In this document: one piece after another, positions 24,401 through 37,900 of the stretch
How the letters are laid out: the number at the start of each line of letters is the position of its first letter
Numbering within the stretch: position 1 is the stretch's first letter
Source of the DNA: Eledone cirrhosa
Lineage: Eukaryota
NCBI GenBank assembly: GCA_964016885.1
Contig: OZ024742.1
Coordinates: 307,086,001-307,150,000 of the forward strand
Length of the DNA: 64,000 nt
Direction: 5' to 3'
Made by a program: the position numbers and the translations under genes
Notes under the pieces: generated by a model
What the model was told of the DNA's origin: nothing
The model's database searches: none
The model's input: only the letters and a program-made list of their open reading frames with translations

Positions 24401-27400
24401 TTTGGAGGAAGAAGAGAGATGCTGAAAGACATTTGGAGGAAGAAGAGAGAAGCTGAAAGACATTTGGAGGAAGAAGAGAGAAGCTGAAAGACATTTGGAG
24501 GAAGAGGAGAGAAGCTGAAAGACATTTGAAGGAAGAAGAGAGAATCTGAGAGACATTTGGAGGAAGAAGAGAGAAGCTGAAAGATATTTGGAGGAAGAAG
24601 AGAGAAGCTGAAAGACATTTGGAGGGAGAAGAGAGAAGCTGAAAGATATTTGAAGGAAGAAGAGAGAAGCTGAAAGACATTTGAAGGAAGAAGAGAGAAG
24701 CTGAAAGACATTTGGAGGAAGAAGAGAGAAGCTGAAAGACATTTGAAGGAAGAAGAGAGAAGCTGAAAGACATTTGAAGGAAGAAGAGAGAAGCTGAAAC
24801 ACATTTGGAGAAAGAAGAGAGAAGCTGAAAGATATTTGAAGGAAGGAGAGAGAAGCTGAAAGACATTTGGAGGAAGAAGAGAGAAGCTGAAAGATATTTG
24901 GAGGAAGAAGAGAGAAGCTGAAAGACATTTGGAGGAAGAAGAGAGAAGCTGAAAAACATTTGGAGGAAGAAGAGAGAAGCTGAAAGACATTTGAAGGAAG
25001 AAGAGTGAAGCTGAAAGACATTTGGAGGAAGAAGAGAGAAGCTGAAAGACATTTGGAGGAAGAAGAGAGAAGCTGAAAGACATTTGAAGGAAGAGGCGAG
25101 AAGCTGAAAGACATTTGAAGGAAGAAGAGAGAAGCTGAAAGACATTTGAAGGAAGAAGAGAGAAGCTGAAAGACATTTGGAGGAAGAAGAGAGAAGCTGA
25201 AAGACATTTGGAAGAAGAGGAGAGAAGCTGAAAGACATTTGGAGGAAGAAGAGAGAAGCTGAAAGACATTTGGAGGAAGAAGAGGGAAGCTGAAAGACAT
25301 GTGGAGGAAGAAGAGAGAAGCTGAAAGACATTTGAAGGAAGAAGAGAGAAGCTGAAAGACATTTGAAGGAAGAAGAGAGAAGCTGAAAGACATTTGAAGG
25401 AAGAAGAGAGTAGCTGAAAGACATTTGGAGGAAGAAGAGAGAAGCTGAAAGACATTTGGAGGGAGAAGAGAGAAGCTGAAAGATATTTGAAGGAAGAAGA
25501 GAGAAGCTGAAAGACATTTGAAGGAAGAAGAGCGAAGCTGAAAGACATTTGAAGGAAGAAGAGAGAAGCTGAAAGACATTTTGAGGGAGAAGAGAGAAGC
25601 TGAAAGACATTTTGAGGAAGAAGAGAGAAGCTGAAAGACATTTGAAGGAAGAAGAGAGAAGCTGAAAGACATTTTGAGGAAGAAGAGAGAAGCTGAAAGA
25701 CATTTGAAGGAAGAAGAGAGAAGCTGAAAGACATTTGAAGGAAGAAGAGTGAAGTGAAAGACATTTGAAGGAAGAGGAGAGAAGCTGAAAGACATTTGAA
25801 GGAAGAAGAGAGAAGCTGAAACACATTTGGAGAAAGAAGAGAGAAGCTGAAAGATATTTGAAGGAAGGAGAGAGAAGCTGAAAGACATTTGGAGGAAGAA
25901 GAGAGAAGCTGAAAGATATTTGGAGGAAGAAGAGAGAAGCTGAAAGACATTTGGAGGAAGAAGAGAGAAGCTGAAAAACATTTGGAGGAAGAAGAGAGAA
26001 GCTGAAAGACATTTGAAGGAAGAAGAGTGAAGCTGAAAGACATTTGGAGGAAGAAGAGAGAAGCTGAAAGACATTTGGAGGAAGAAGAGAGAAGCTGAAA
26101 GACATTTGAAGGAAGAGGCGAGAAGCTGAAAGACATTTGAAGGAAGAAGAGAGAAGCTGAAAGACATTTGAAGGAAGAAGAGAGAAGCTGAAAGACATTT
26201 GGAGGAAGAAGAGAGAAGCTGAAAGACATTTGGAAGAAGAGGAGAGAAGCTGAAAGACATTTGGAGGAAGAAGAGAGAAGCTGAAAGACATTTGGAGGAA
26301 GAAGAGAGAAGCTGAAAGACATGTGGAGGAAGAAGAGAGAAGCTGAAAGACATTTGAAGGAAGAAGAGAGAAGCTGAAAGACATTTGAAGGAAGAAGAGA
26401 GAAGCTGAAAGACATTTGAAGGAAGAAGAGAGTAGCTGAAAGACATTTGGAGGAAGAAGAGAGAAGCTGAAAGACATTTGGAGGGAGAAGAGAGAAGCTG
26501 AAAGATATTTGAAGGAAGAAGAGAGAAGCTGAAAGACATTTGAAGGAAGAAGAGCGAAGCTGAAAGACATTTGAAGGAAGAAGAGAGAAGCTGAAAGACA
26601 TTTTGAGGGAGAAGAGAGAAGCTGAAAGACATTTTGAGGAAGAAGAGAGAAGCTGAAAGACATTTGAAGGAAGAAGAGAGAAGCTGAAAGACATTTTGAG
26701 GAAGAAGAGAGAAGCTGAAAGACATTTGAAGGAAGAAGAGAGAAGCTGAAAGACATTTGAAGGAAGAAGAGTGAAGTGAAAGACATTTGAAGGAAGAGGA
26801 GAGAAGCTGAAAGACATTTGAAGGAAGAAGAGAGAAGTTGATAGACATTTGGAGGAAGAAGAGAGAAGCTGAAAGATATTTGAAGGAAGGAGTGAGAATC
26901 TGAAAGACATTTGGAGGAAGAAGAGAGAAGCTGAAAGATATTTGGAGGAAGAAGAGAGAAGCTGAAAAACATTTTGAGGGAGAAGAGAGAAGCTGAAAGA
27001 CATTTGGAGGGAGAAGAGAGAAGCTGAAAGACATTTGGAGGAAGAAGAGAGAAGCTGAAAGACATTTGGAAGAAGAGGAAAGAAGCTGAAAGACATTTGA
27101 AGGAAGAAGAGAGAAGCTGAAAGACATTTGAAGGAAGAGGCGAGAAGCTGAAAGACATTTGAAGGAAGAAGAGAGAAGCTGAAAGACATTTGGAGGAAGA
27201 AGAGAGAAGCTGAAAGACATTTGGAAGAAGAGGAAAGAAGCTGAAAGACATTTGAAGGAAGAAGAGAGAAGCTGAAAGACATTTGAAGGAAGAGGCGAGA
27301 AGCTGAAAGACATTTGAAGGAAGAAGAGAGAAGCTGAAAGACATTTGAAGGAAGAAGAGTGAAGCTGAAAGACATTTGGAGGAAGAAGAGAGAAGCTGAA

Positions 27401-27724
27401 AGACATTTGTAAGAAGAGGAGAGAAGCTGAAAGACATTTGAAGGAAGAAGAGAGAAGCTGAAAGACATGTGGAGGAAGAAGAGAGAAGCTGAAAGACATT
27501 TGAAGGAAGAAGAGAGAAGCTGAAAGCCATTTGAAGGAAGAAGAGAGAAGCTGAAAGACATTTGAAGGAAGAAGAGAGAAGCTGAAAGACATTTGGAGGA
27601 AGAAGAGAGAAGCTGAAAGACATTTGGAGGAAGAAGAGAGAAGCTGAAAGACATTTGTAGGAAGGAGCGAGAAGCTGAAAGACATTTGGAGGAAGGAGCG
27701 AGAAGCTGAAAGACATTTGGAGGC
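21476..27724. repeat. 31-bp satellite array (gaaagacatttg[a/g]aggaagaagagagaagct), about 200 copies
   Basis: Highly homogeneous tandem units, purine-rich on the + strand. Confidence 0.98.
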
Positions 27725-28619
27725 AGAAGTCAAAAATGACAGAAAATAAAACAACAAAATGCATTTTTTAAAGGTATAAAACAAACTGATAATGCGCAAA
27801 AGTGGAAAAGAGTTGTGATGACATAAGTGGTGTTGATGAGGGTGGTGTTGGTATTAGTCATGGTTTTTATGATAGCGATGATGGGGACATTGGTACAGGT
27901 GATGGTACTGCTAGGGGGTCGTTGCAGTGACGGTGTTGATGGTGGTGTTGGTACTGATGTTTCTGACAATGTTAGTAGTAATGATAGCAATGGTAGTTAG
28001 GGTGTTGATGTTAGTGCTTGCTTTGATAGAGGAGGAGAAGGAGGAGGTGGAATATGTACCTCATATATGCCTAGTACTGGACATGATATTGAAAATTGTA
28101 ACAAATTATGAAACGAAAGTTGTTGGCGATGCTGGTTCTGGTGTTCGTCGTGATGGTGGTGGTACTACTCTTGTTGCTGGTGTTTGTGGTGTTTAAAGTG
28201 GTGGTATTGGTGTGGGTAGAATAGTATAGGTAGTATGAGGTAGGGTGAAGTGGTGTGGCAGCGTTGGTGGTTGTGGAGTTATGGTGTTGGTGAGGGTGAC
28301 TTAGCATATTGTAGTTAGGTTATTGATATAACAAACACAAAGAATGAGTGTTAAATTATGAAAAATTAACGAATCATTAATTTACCATATATTTGTGCAA
28401 TAAATGTGTGAATATTTCTACAAATTTCAATATCAGAAATAAAACCAGTGGACCCTAAATACGATGGTTAGGAAAGTATATTACTGGTTACCTAACAGTG
28501 CTATCCGGTCGAACAAAATATGTGAGCAACAACGTTTTCGAAATGTTAGTCGCCATCAGCGTAAGTAAATAATTTTTGCCATTGCTTGCTGGCATTGATT
28601 GAATTAGTTTACTAGGTAG

Positions 28620-28730
<111 letters not shown>

Positions 28731-28789
28731 GTTCCACAACAGATAGTTCACCATACCGAGGACAAATGTTTCTCCTTATGCCGATCTTC

Positions 28790-28821
<32 letters not shown>

Positions 28822-28916
28822 TTAATTGAAAACAAAGGAAGTATTTTTATAACGCGGCAAGCGAAGTTTAGAATTGAAATAGAAATAGAATCTTCGCCGA
28901 AATATTGACTAAATAA

Positions 28917-29080
28917 TTGTTTCTACTTTAGGCACAAGGCCAGCAATTACCCAGTGCATTACTGGTACTTTATTTTATCGACCCCGTAAGGATGAAAGGC
29001 AAAGTCAACCTCGGCGGGATTTGAACTCAGATCGTAAAGGGACGTAACTATGCTGGAAAGCATGGCGTCCGATTATCTAA
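28917..29080 (-). mobile_element. tRNA-derived SINE family B (Meta-domain-like core)
   Basis: Nearly identical to 62892-63050. The minus strand has the B-box gagttcaaatcc and the core gcctttcatccttacggggtcgataaa. Confidence 0.85.
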
Positions 29081-29229
29081 TAAGGGGCCGTGTAAACTCA
29101 CTGAACGGGAAAAGATGGGAATCACACCACGTGTGCTGACCCTATATTTAGATAATGATAGATTTGGGCGAAAAGGTGGAGGATTAGATAGAGAGAATTT
29201 GTGTAAAATATGTACACTCTGGTTCCTGT

Positions 29230-30040
29230 CGTGGTTGCTGTTATTTAAACCCAAGTCATCTCCAATCAAATAGATCTATACTAAATGACATTACACTTAT
29301 GATCATCCAATCATTTTCCTGTATACAAGGACTCCAGGACTACATTATCCAAAGTGTCCTTTTCTGATAATGTAGTGTGAGATTTCAAGGAGATGTTCTT
29401 ATTTCTAGTATCTCAAGTGACCACGTACAGGCTCGCTAGCTTCAGTTTAGCCTGGATTAAGTTCACATACAATCAAAAAGATCCCAACCATAACACCTTT
29501 TTTTCTTTTTCGGTGGCGTTGTTAATGTTAAACTCCAAACAAGAGCAAATTGAGAAGACCTATGATCAAAAAGACCCAGCTATTACCATCCTAGCTTTTT
29601 TCGAGATATGTATTTTATACAGGACATACATTATATCTACGAGATACCTTGCATCAAGGAAATACACAGTGGCCAGGACATACATTCAAAATCCAAGAGA
29701 TATATTATGCTATGAGTGTTTTCTTCTTTAATGTTCGTACTTATGATTTAAAAGGAATGCGGTTGCTATTTCTAACAGGTCAAGCAACCATGTAAAACAT
29801 TTCACGCTCTTGTGTTTTTTTTATTGTTATTTAGCTCCAGGTCACTTCTGCTGGGGCGAATTAATTATTGAAGGCCTTCTAGCCATGACTACACCATCTG
29901 TATTTCAAGCATTCTGCATCTAAGGCGACATTATGGAATATTTCGTCTTCTCAATGTTTAAGAGGACATGGTGTGATTTAATGGATACATGGCTATAATT
30001 TTTAGCAGACCGACTGCATACGTAGGAGTTCTTCCATTAC
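29230..30040. repeat. Cluster of 3-4 degenerate copies of an interspersed repeat
   Basis: Recurring motifs ttatttagc..caggtca, acctatgatcaaa, cattatcc and tgatttaa..gctatttctag. A related piece lies at about 53920-54005. Confidence 0.55.
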
Positions 30041-30169
30041 CTTGATATTTTTCTTAACAATGGCGCTGGCAGTGATGGTCGGAATGGCAAAGGTGTAGGT
30101 GGTGATGATAGCGGTCATAGCGGTGGCAGTGGCAGTGCCGATGGTGGTATTGGCGATGGACGTGGTGGA

Positions 30170-30500
30170 GAGTGATGGCGATGGTAATGATAATGGCAGT
30201 GGTAGTGATAATGGCAGTGGTGGTGGGGGCGATGGTAGTGATAATGGCAGTGGTGATGGTGGTGGCGATGGTAGTGATAATGGCAGTGTTGATGGCGGTG
30301 ATGGTAGTGATAATTGCAGTGGTGGTGGTGGCGATGGTAGTGATAATGGCAGTGGTGGTGGTGGTGGTGGTGGTAGTGATAATGGCAGTGATGGTGGTGG
30401 TGGTGGTGGTAGTGATATTGGCTGTGGTGGTGGTGGTGCGGTAGTGATAATGGCCGTGATGATGGTGGTAGTGATGGTGATAGTGGCTGTTGTGGTGATG
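30170..30500. repeat. About 30-36-bp minisatellite (ggtagtgataatggcagtg..)
   Basis: About 9 copies of the ggtagtgataatggcagt anchor, with variable (ggt)n spacers. Confidence 0.9.
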
Positions 30501-30654
30501 AAAATGATGAATGACTAACGAGAATGTGATTGCTATGCGTAGTATAAGTCAGAAGTTTATAATAATTAAATACCACGGTAACTCTAAGAAAGTATGAATT
30601 ACCACAATACAACTGCCAATGAACAAATAACATATGTTTATATATGTTTATGTC

Positions 30655-30736
<82 letters not shown>

Positions 30737-30816
30737 GAGAGGGAGAGAGGCGAGTGAGGGAGAAAAATATGGATAGATAGATAGATGGATACACAAAAAC
30801 ATACACACACACACTC

Positions 30817-30861
<45 letters not shown>

Positions 30862-31048
30862 ACATATATACATGTAGCATCATATACGCACACACATACA
30901 CACAGGGAATGCACCAGACAGGTTCACTAACATACACACAAATATATATATACACACAAACCAATCGGTATATTGATTTTAAGGGAAGCCGACGAAGATA
31001 TAAAATCAACAACGAAAAGGCGTGGGCAAAGTGTTTTTGTGCATGTTT

Positions 31049-31098
<50 letters not shown>

Positions 31099-31198
31099 TA
31101 TATATATATATAGAGAGAGAGAGATATGCAAGCAGGGAAAAGTGGACATAAAATGATGATGATGATAATGATGATGATGTATTTATATATATATATAT

Positions 31199-31400
<202 letters not shown>

Positions 31401-31929
31401 CATGTGTGTGTGCGTGTGTGTGTGAGTGTGAGTGTGTGTATACAGAGAGAGAGAGAGTGAGTGACAATATATATATTTATATATATTTGTGGGGGATTTT
31501 GTGAGAAAGGGTAAGAAACTGTTTGTGTTGGGTTATGTGTGGCATGCAAACTGAGTGCGTTGTGTATATGACTTGTTAGGGGTGTGTGTATGTCTGTGCG
31601 AGCATCGTGTCCGTGTCCGTGTGCGTGTATGTGTATCTGTGCGTGAATGTGAGCCATGTACTTTGATAAGAATTGTAGGAGGGACATATATCGGGAGAGG
31701 TAGAGAGAGAAGAACTCTGAAATATGATTCAAATATATAATATAGAAGTAAAAAATTAAACGAGAGCCTAAAAAGATGGAAATAAAGAAGGGATGAGAGA
31801 AAGAAAGAAAGAAAGACGAAAGAAAGAAAGAAAGTAAGAAAGAAAGAAGACATGAAGGTGGAAAAAAAAGGATACAATTTTTTTAACGAGAGGAAGAAAG
31901 AATGGTATAACGGTGGAAGTTGGGAAAGA

Positions 31930-34900
31930 AGGAATAATGTAAGGACAGGAAGGAATGGTGTAAGGAGAGCAGGAAGGAATGGTGTAAGGAGAGCAGGAAG
32001 GAATGGTGTAAGGAGAGCAGGAAGGAATGGTGTAAGGAGAGCAGGAAGGAATGGTGTAAGAAGGAGAGGAAGAAATAGTGTAAGAAGGGGAGGAAGGAAT
32101 GGTGTAAGGAGATCAGGAAGGAATGGTGTAAGGAGAGCAGGAAGTAATTGTGTAAGGAGAGCAGGAAGGAATGGTGTAAGAGGGAGAGGAAGGAATGGTG
32201 TAAGGAGATCAGGAAGGAATGGTGTAAGAAGGGGAGGAAGGAATGGTGTAAGAAAGAGAGGAAGGAATGGTGTAAGGAGAGCAGGAAGGAATGGTATAAG
32301 GAGAGCAGGAAGGAATGGAGTAAGAAGGGGAAGAAGTAATGGTGTAAGAAGGGGAGGAAGGAATGGTGTAAGGAGAGCAGGAAGGAATGGTGTAAGAAGA
32401 GCAGGAAGGAATGGTGTAAGAAGGAGAGGAAGGAATGGTGTAAGGAGAGCAGGAAGGAATGGTGTAAGAAGGGGAAGAAGGAATGGTGTAAGAAGGAGAG
32501 GAAGGAATGGTGTAAGAAGGAGAGGAAGGAATGGTGTAAGGAGAGCAGGAAGGAATGGTGTAAGAAGGAGAGGAAGGAATGGTGTAAGAAGGAGAGGAAG
32601 GAATGGTGTAAGAAGGAGAGGAAGGAATGGTGTAAGAAGGAGAGGAAGGAATGGTGTAAGAAGGAGAGGAAGGAATGGTGTAAGGAGAGCAGGAAGGAAT
32701 GGTGTAAGGAGAGCAGGAAGGAATGGTGTAAGAAGGAGAGGGGGAATGGTGTAAGGAGAGCAGGAAGGAATGGTGTAAGAAGAGCAGGAAGGAATGGTGT
32801 AAGAAGGAGAGGAAGGAATGGTGTAAGGAGAGCAGGAAGGAATGGTGTAAGAAGGGGAAGAAGGAATGGTGTAAGAAGGAGAGGAAGGAATGGTGTAAGG
32901 AGAGCAGGAAGGAATGGTGTAAGAAGAGCAGGAAGGAATGGTGTAAGAAGGAGAGGAAGCAATGGTGTAAGAAGGAGAGGATGGAATGTTGTAAGAAGGA
33001 GACATAAGGAATGGTGTAAGGAGAGCAGGAAGGAATGGTGTAAGAAGGGGAGGAAGGAATGGTGTAAGTAGAGCAGGAAGGAATGGTGTAAGGAGAGCAG
33101 GAAGGAATGGTGTAAGAAGGAGAGGGATGAATGGTGTAAGGAGAGCAGGAAGGAATGGTGTAAGAAGGAGAGGAAGGAATGGTGTAAGAAGGAGACGGAG
33201 GAATGGTGTAAGAAGGGGAGGAAGGAATTGTATAAGAAGGAGAGGAAGGAATGGTGTAAGGAGAGCAGGAAGGAATGGTGTAAGGAGAGCAGGAAGGAAT
33301 GGTGTAAGAAGGGGAGGAAGGAATGGTGTAAGGAGAGCAGGAAGGAATGGTGTAAGGGGAGCAGGAAGGAATGGTGTAAGAAGGTGAGGTAGGAATGGTG
33401 TAAGAAGGAGAGGAAGGAATGGTGTAAGGAGAGCAGTAACGAATGGTGTAAGAAGGAGAGGGAGGAATGGTGTAAGAAGGAGAGGAAGGAATGATGTGAG
33501 AAGGAGAGGAACGAATGGTGTAAGAAGGAGAGGAAGGAATGGTGTTAGAAGCAGAGGAAGTAATGGTGTAAGGAGAGCAGGAAGGAATGGTGTAAGAAGG
33601 AGAGGAAGGAATGGTGTAAGAAGCAGAGGAAGTAATGGTGTAAGGAGAGAAGGAAGGAATGGTGTAAGAAGGAGAGGAAGGAATGGTGTAAGGAGAGCAG
33701 GAAGGAATGTTGTAAGAAGAGCAGGAAGGAATGGTGTAAGAAGCAGAGGAAGGAATGGTGTAAGAAGGGGAGGAAGGAATGGTGTAAGAAGGAGAGGAAG
33801 GAATGGTGTAAGGAGAGCAGGAAGGAATGGTGTAAGGAGAGCAGGAAGGAATGGTGTAAGGAGAGCAGGAAGGAATGGTGTAAGGAGAGCAGGAAGGAAT
33901 GGTGTAAGGAGAGCAGGAAGGAATGGTGTAAGAAGGAGAGGGGGGAATGTTGTAAGGAGAGCAGGAAGGAATGGTGTAAGGAGAGCAGGAAGGAATGGTG
34001 TAAGGAGAGCAGCAAGGAATGGTGTAAGAAGGAGAGGAAGGAATGGTGTAAGGAGAGCAGGAAGAAATGGTGTAAGAAGGAGAGGGAGGAATGGTGTAAG
34101 GAGAGCAGGAAGGAATGGTGTAAGGAGAGCAGGAAAGAATGGTGTAAAAAGGGGAGGAAGGGATGGTGTAAGAAGGGGAGGAAGGAATGGTGTAAGAAGG
34201 AGAGATGGAATGGTGTGAGAAGGAGAGGAAGGAATGGTGTAAGGAGAGCAGGAAGGAATGGTGTAAGGAGAGCAGGAAATAACGGTGTAAGAAGGGGAAG
34301 AAGGAATGGTGTAAGAAGGAGAGAAAGGAATGGTGTAAGAAGGGGAGGAAGGGATGGTGTAAGAAGGAGACGAAGGAATGGTGTAAGGAGAGCAGGATGG
34401 AATGGTGTAAGAAGGGGAAGAAGGAATGGTGTAAGAAGGAGAGGAAGGAATGGTGTAAGAAGGAGAGGAAGGAATGGTGTAAGAAGGAGAGGAAGGAATG
34501 GTGTAAGGAGAGCAGGAAATAACGGTGTAAGAAGGGGAAGAAGGAATGGTGTAAGAAGGAGAGAAAGGAATGGTGTAAGAAGGAGAGGAAGCAATGATGT
34601 AAGAAGGAGAGGAAGGAATGATGTAAGAAGGAGAGGAAGGAATGGTGTAAGGAGAGCAGGAAATAACGGTGTAAGAAGGGGAAGAAGGAATGGTGTAAGA
34701 AGGAGAGAAAGGAATGGTGTAAGAAGGGGAGGAAGGGATGGTGTAAGAAGGAGACGAAGGAATGGTGTAAGGAGAGCAGGATGGAATGGTGTAAGAAGGG
34801 GAAGAAGGAATGGTGTAAGAAGGAGAGGAAGGAATGGTGTAAGAAGGAGAGGAAGGAATGGTGTAAGAAGAAGAGGAAGGAATGGTGTAAGGAGAGCAGG

Positions 34901-37900
34901 AAGGAACGGTGTAAGAAGGGGAAGAAGGAATGGTGTCAGAAGGAGAGGAAGGAATGGTGTAAGAAGGGGAGGAAGGGATGGTGTAAGAAGGAGACGAAGG
35001 AATGGTGTAAGGAGAGCAGGAAGGAATGGTGTAAGAAGGGGAAGAAGGAATGGTGTAAGAAGGAGAGGAAGGAATGGTGTAAGAAGGAGAGGAAGGAATG
35101 GTGTAAGAAGAAGAGGAAGGAATGGTGTAAGGAGAGCAGGAAGGAACGGTGTAAGAAGGGGAAGAAGGAATGGTGTAAGAAGGAGAGGAAGGAATGGTGT
35201 AAGAAGGGGGGAAGGAATGGTGTAAGAAGGAGACGAAGGAATGGTGTAAGGAGAGCGAGAAGGAATGGAGTAAGAAGGGAAAGAAGGAATGGTGTAAGAA
35301 GGAGAGGAAGGAATGGTGTAAGAAGGAGAGGAAGGAATGGTGTAAGAAGAAGAGGAAGGAATGGTGTAAGGAGAGCAGGAAGGAACGGTGTAAGAAGGGG
35401 AAGAAGGAATGGTGTCAGAAGGAGAGGAAGGAATGGTGTAAGAAGGGGAGGAAGGGATGGTGTAAGAAGGAGACGAAGGAATGGTGTAAGGAGAGCAGGA
35501 AGGAATGGTGTAAGAAGGGGAAGAAGGAATGGTGTAAGAAGGAGAGGAAGGAATGGTGTAAGAAGGAGAGGAAGGAATGGTGTAAGAAGAAGAGGAAGGA
35601 ATGGTGTAAGGAGAGCAGGAAGGAACGGTGTAAGAAGGGGAAGAAGGAATGGTGTAAGAAGGAGAGGAAGGAATGGTGTAAGAAGGGGGGAAGGAATGGT
35701 GTAAGAAGGAGACGAAGGAATGGTGTAAGGAGAGCGAGAAGGAATGGAGTAAGAAGGGAAAGAAGGAATGGTGTAAGAAGGAGAGGAAGGAATGGTGTAA
35801 GAAGGAGAGGAAGGAATGGTGTAAGAAGTAGATGAAGGAATGGTGTAAGAAGGAGATGAAGGAATGGTGTAAGGAGAGCAGGAAGGAATGGTGTAAGAAG
35901 AAAGGGAAGGAATGGTGTAAGGATAGCAGGAAGGAATGGTGTAAGAAGGGGAGGAAGGAATGGTGTAAGAAGAGCAGGAGGGAATGGTGTAAGAAGGGGA
36001 GGAAGGAATGGTGTAAGGAGAGCAGGAAGGAATGGTGTAAGGAGAGCAGGAAGGAATGGTGTAAGGAGAGCAGGATGAAATGGTGTAAGAAGGAGAGGGA
36101 GGAATGGTGTAAAGAGAGAAGGAAGGAATGGTGTAAGAGGGAGAGGAAGGCATGGTGTAAGGAGAGCAGGAAGGAATGGTGTAAGAAGGAGAGTAAGGAA
36201 TGGTGTAAGAAGGAGAGGAAGGAATGGTGTAAGGAAAGTAGGAAGGAATGGTGTAAGGAGAGCAGGAAGGAATGGTGTAAGAAGGAGAGGAAGGAATTGT
36301 GTAAGAAGGAGAGGAAGGAATGGTGTAAGAAGGGGAGGAAGGAATGGTGTAAGAAGGAGAGGAAGGAATGGTGTAAGGAGAGCAGGAAGGAATGGTGTAA
36401 GAAGGGGAGGAAGGAATGGTGTAAGAAGAGCAGGAGGGAATGGTGTAAGAAGGGGAGGAAGGAATGGTGTAAGAAGGAGAGGAAGGAATGGTGTAAGAAG
36501 GGGAGGAAGGAATGGTGTAAGAAGGGGAGGAAGGAATGGTGTAAGAAGGAGAGGAAGGAATGGTGTAAGGATAGCAGGAAGGAATGGTGTAAGAAGGGGA
36601 GGAAGGAATGGTGTAAGAAGAGCAGGAGGGAATGGTGTAAGAAGGGGAGGAAGGAATGGTGTAAGAAGGAGAGGAAGGAATGGTGTAAGGAGAGCAGGAA
36701 GGAATGGTGTAAGAAGGGGAGGAAGGAATGGTGTAAGAAGAGCAGGAGGGAATGGTGTAAGAAGGGGAGGAAGGAATGGTGTAAGAAGGAGAGGAAGGAA
36801 TGGTGTAAGAAGGGGAGGAAGGAATGGTGTAAGAAGGAGAGGAAGGAATGGTGTAAGAAGGAGAGGAAGGAATGGTGTAAGAAGGGGAGGAAGGAATGGT
36901 GTAAGAAGGAGAGGAAGGAATGGTGTAAGAAGGGGAGGAAGGAATGGTGTAAGAAGGAGAGGAAGGAATGGTGTAAGGATAGCAGGAAGGAATGGTGTAA
37001 GAAGGGGAGGAAGGAATGGTGTAAGAAGAGCAGGAGGGAATGGTGTAAGAAGGGGAGGAAGGAATGGTGTAAGAAGGAGAGGAAGGAATGGTGTAAGAAG
37101 GGGAGGAAGGAATGGTGTAAGAAGGAGAGGAAGGAATGGTGTAAGAAGAGCAGGAGGGAATGGTGTAAGAAGGGGAGGAAGGAATGGTGTAAGAAGGAGA
37201 GGAAGGAATGGTGTAAGAAGGGGAGGAAGGAATGGTGTAAGAAGGAGAGGAAGGAATGGTGTAAGAAGGGGAGGAAGGAATGGTGTAAGAAGGAGAGGAA
37301 GGAATGGTGTAAGAAGAGCAGGAGGGAATGGTGTAAGAAGGGGAGGAAGGAATGGTGTAAGAAGGAGAGGAAGGAATGGTGTAAGGAGAGCAGGAAGGAA
37401 TGGTGTAAGAAGGGGAGGAAGGAATGGTGTAAGAAGAGCAGGAGGGAATGGTGTAAGAAGGGGAGGAAGGAATGGTGTAAGAAGGAGAGGAAGGAATGGT
37501 GTAAGAAGGGGAGGAAGGAATGGTGTAAGAAGGAGAGGAAGGAATGGTGTAAGAAGGAGAGGAAGGAATGGTGTAAGAAGGGGAGGAAGAAATGGTGTAA
37601 GAAGGAGAGGAAGGAATGGTGTAAGGATAGCAGGAAGGAATGGTGTAAGAAGGGGAGGAAGGAATGGTGTAAGAAGAGCAGGAGGGAATGGTGTAAGAAG
37701 GGGAGGAAGGAATGGTGTAAGGAGAGCAGGAAGGAATGGTGTAAGAATGAGGGGAAGGAATGGTGTAAGGAGAGCAGGAAGGAATGGTGTAAGGAGAGCA
37801 GGAAGGAATGGTGTAAGGAGAGCAGAAAGGAATGATGTAAGAAGGAGAGGGAGGAATGGTGTAAAGAGAGAAGGAAGGAATGGTGTAAGAGGGAGAGGAA

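Noticed and set aside
30099-30518. Gly/Ser/Asp-rich ORF (GSDNGSGGG)
   Set aside because: It is the translation of a triplet-based minisatellite with no supporting gene context.
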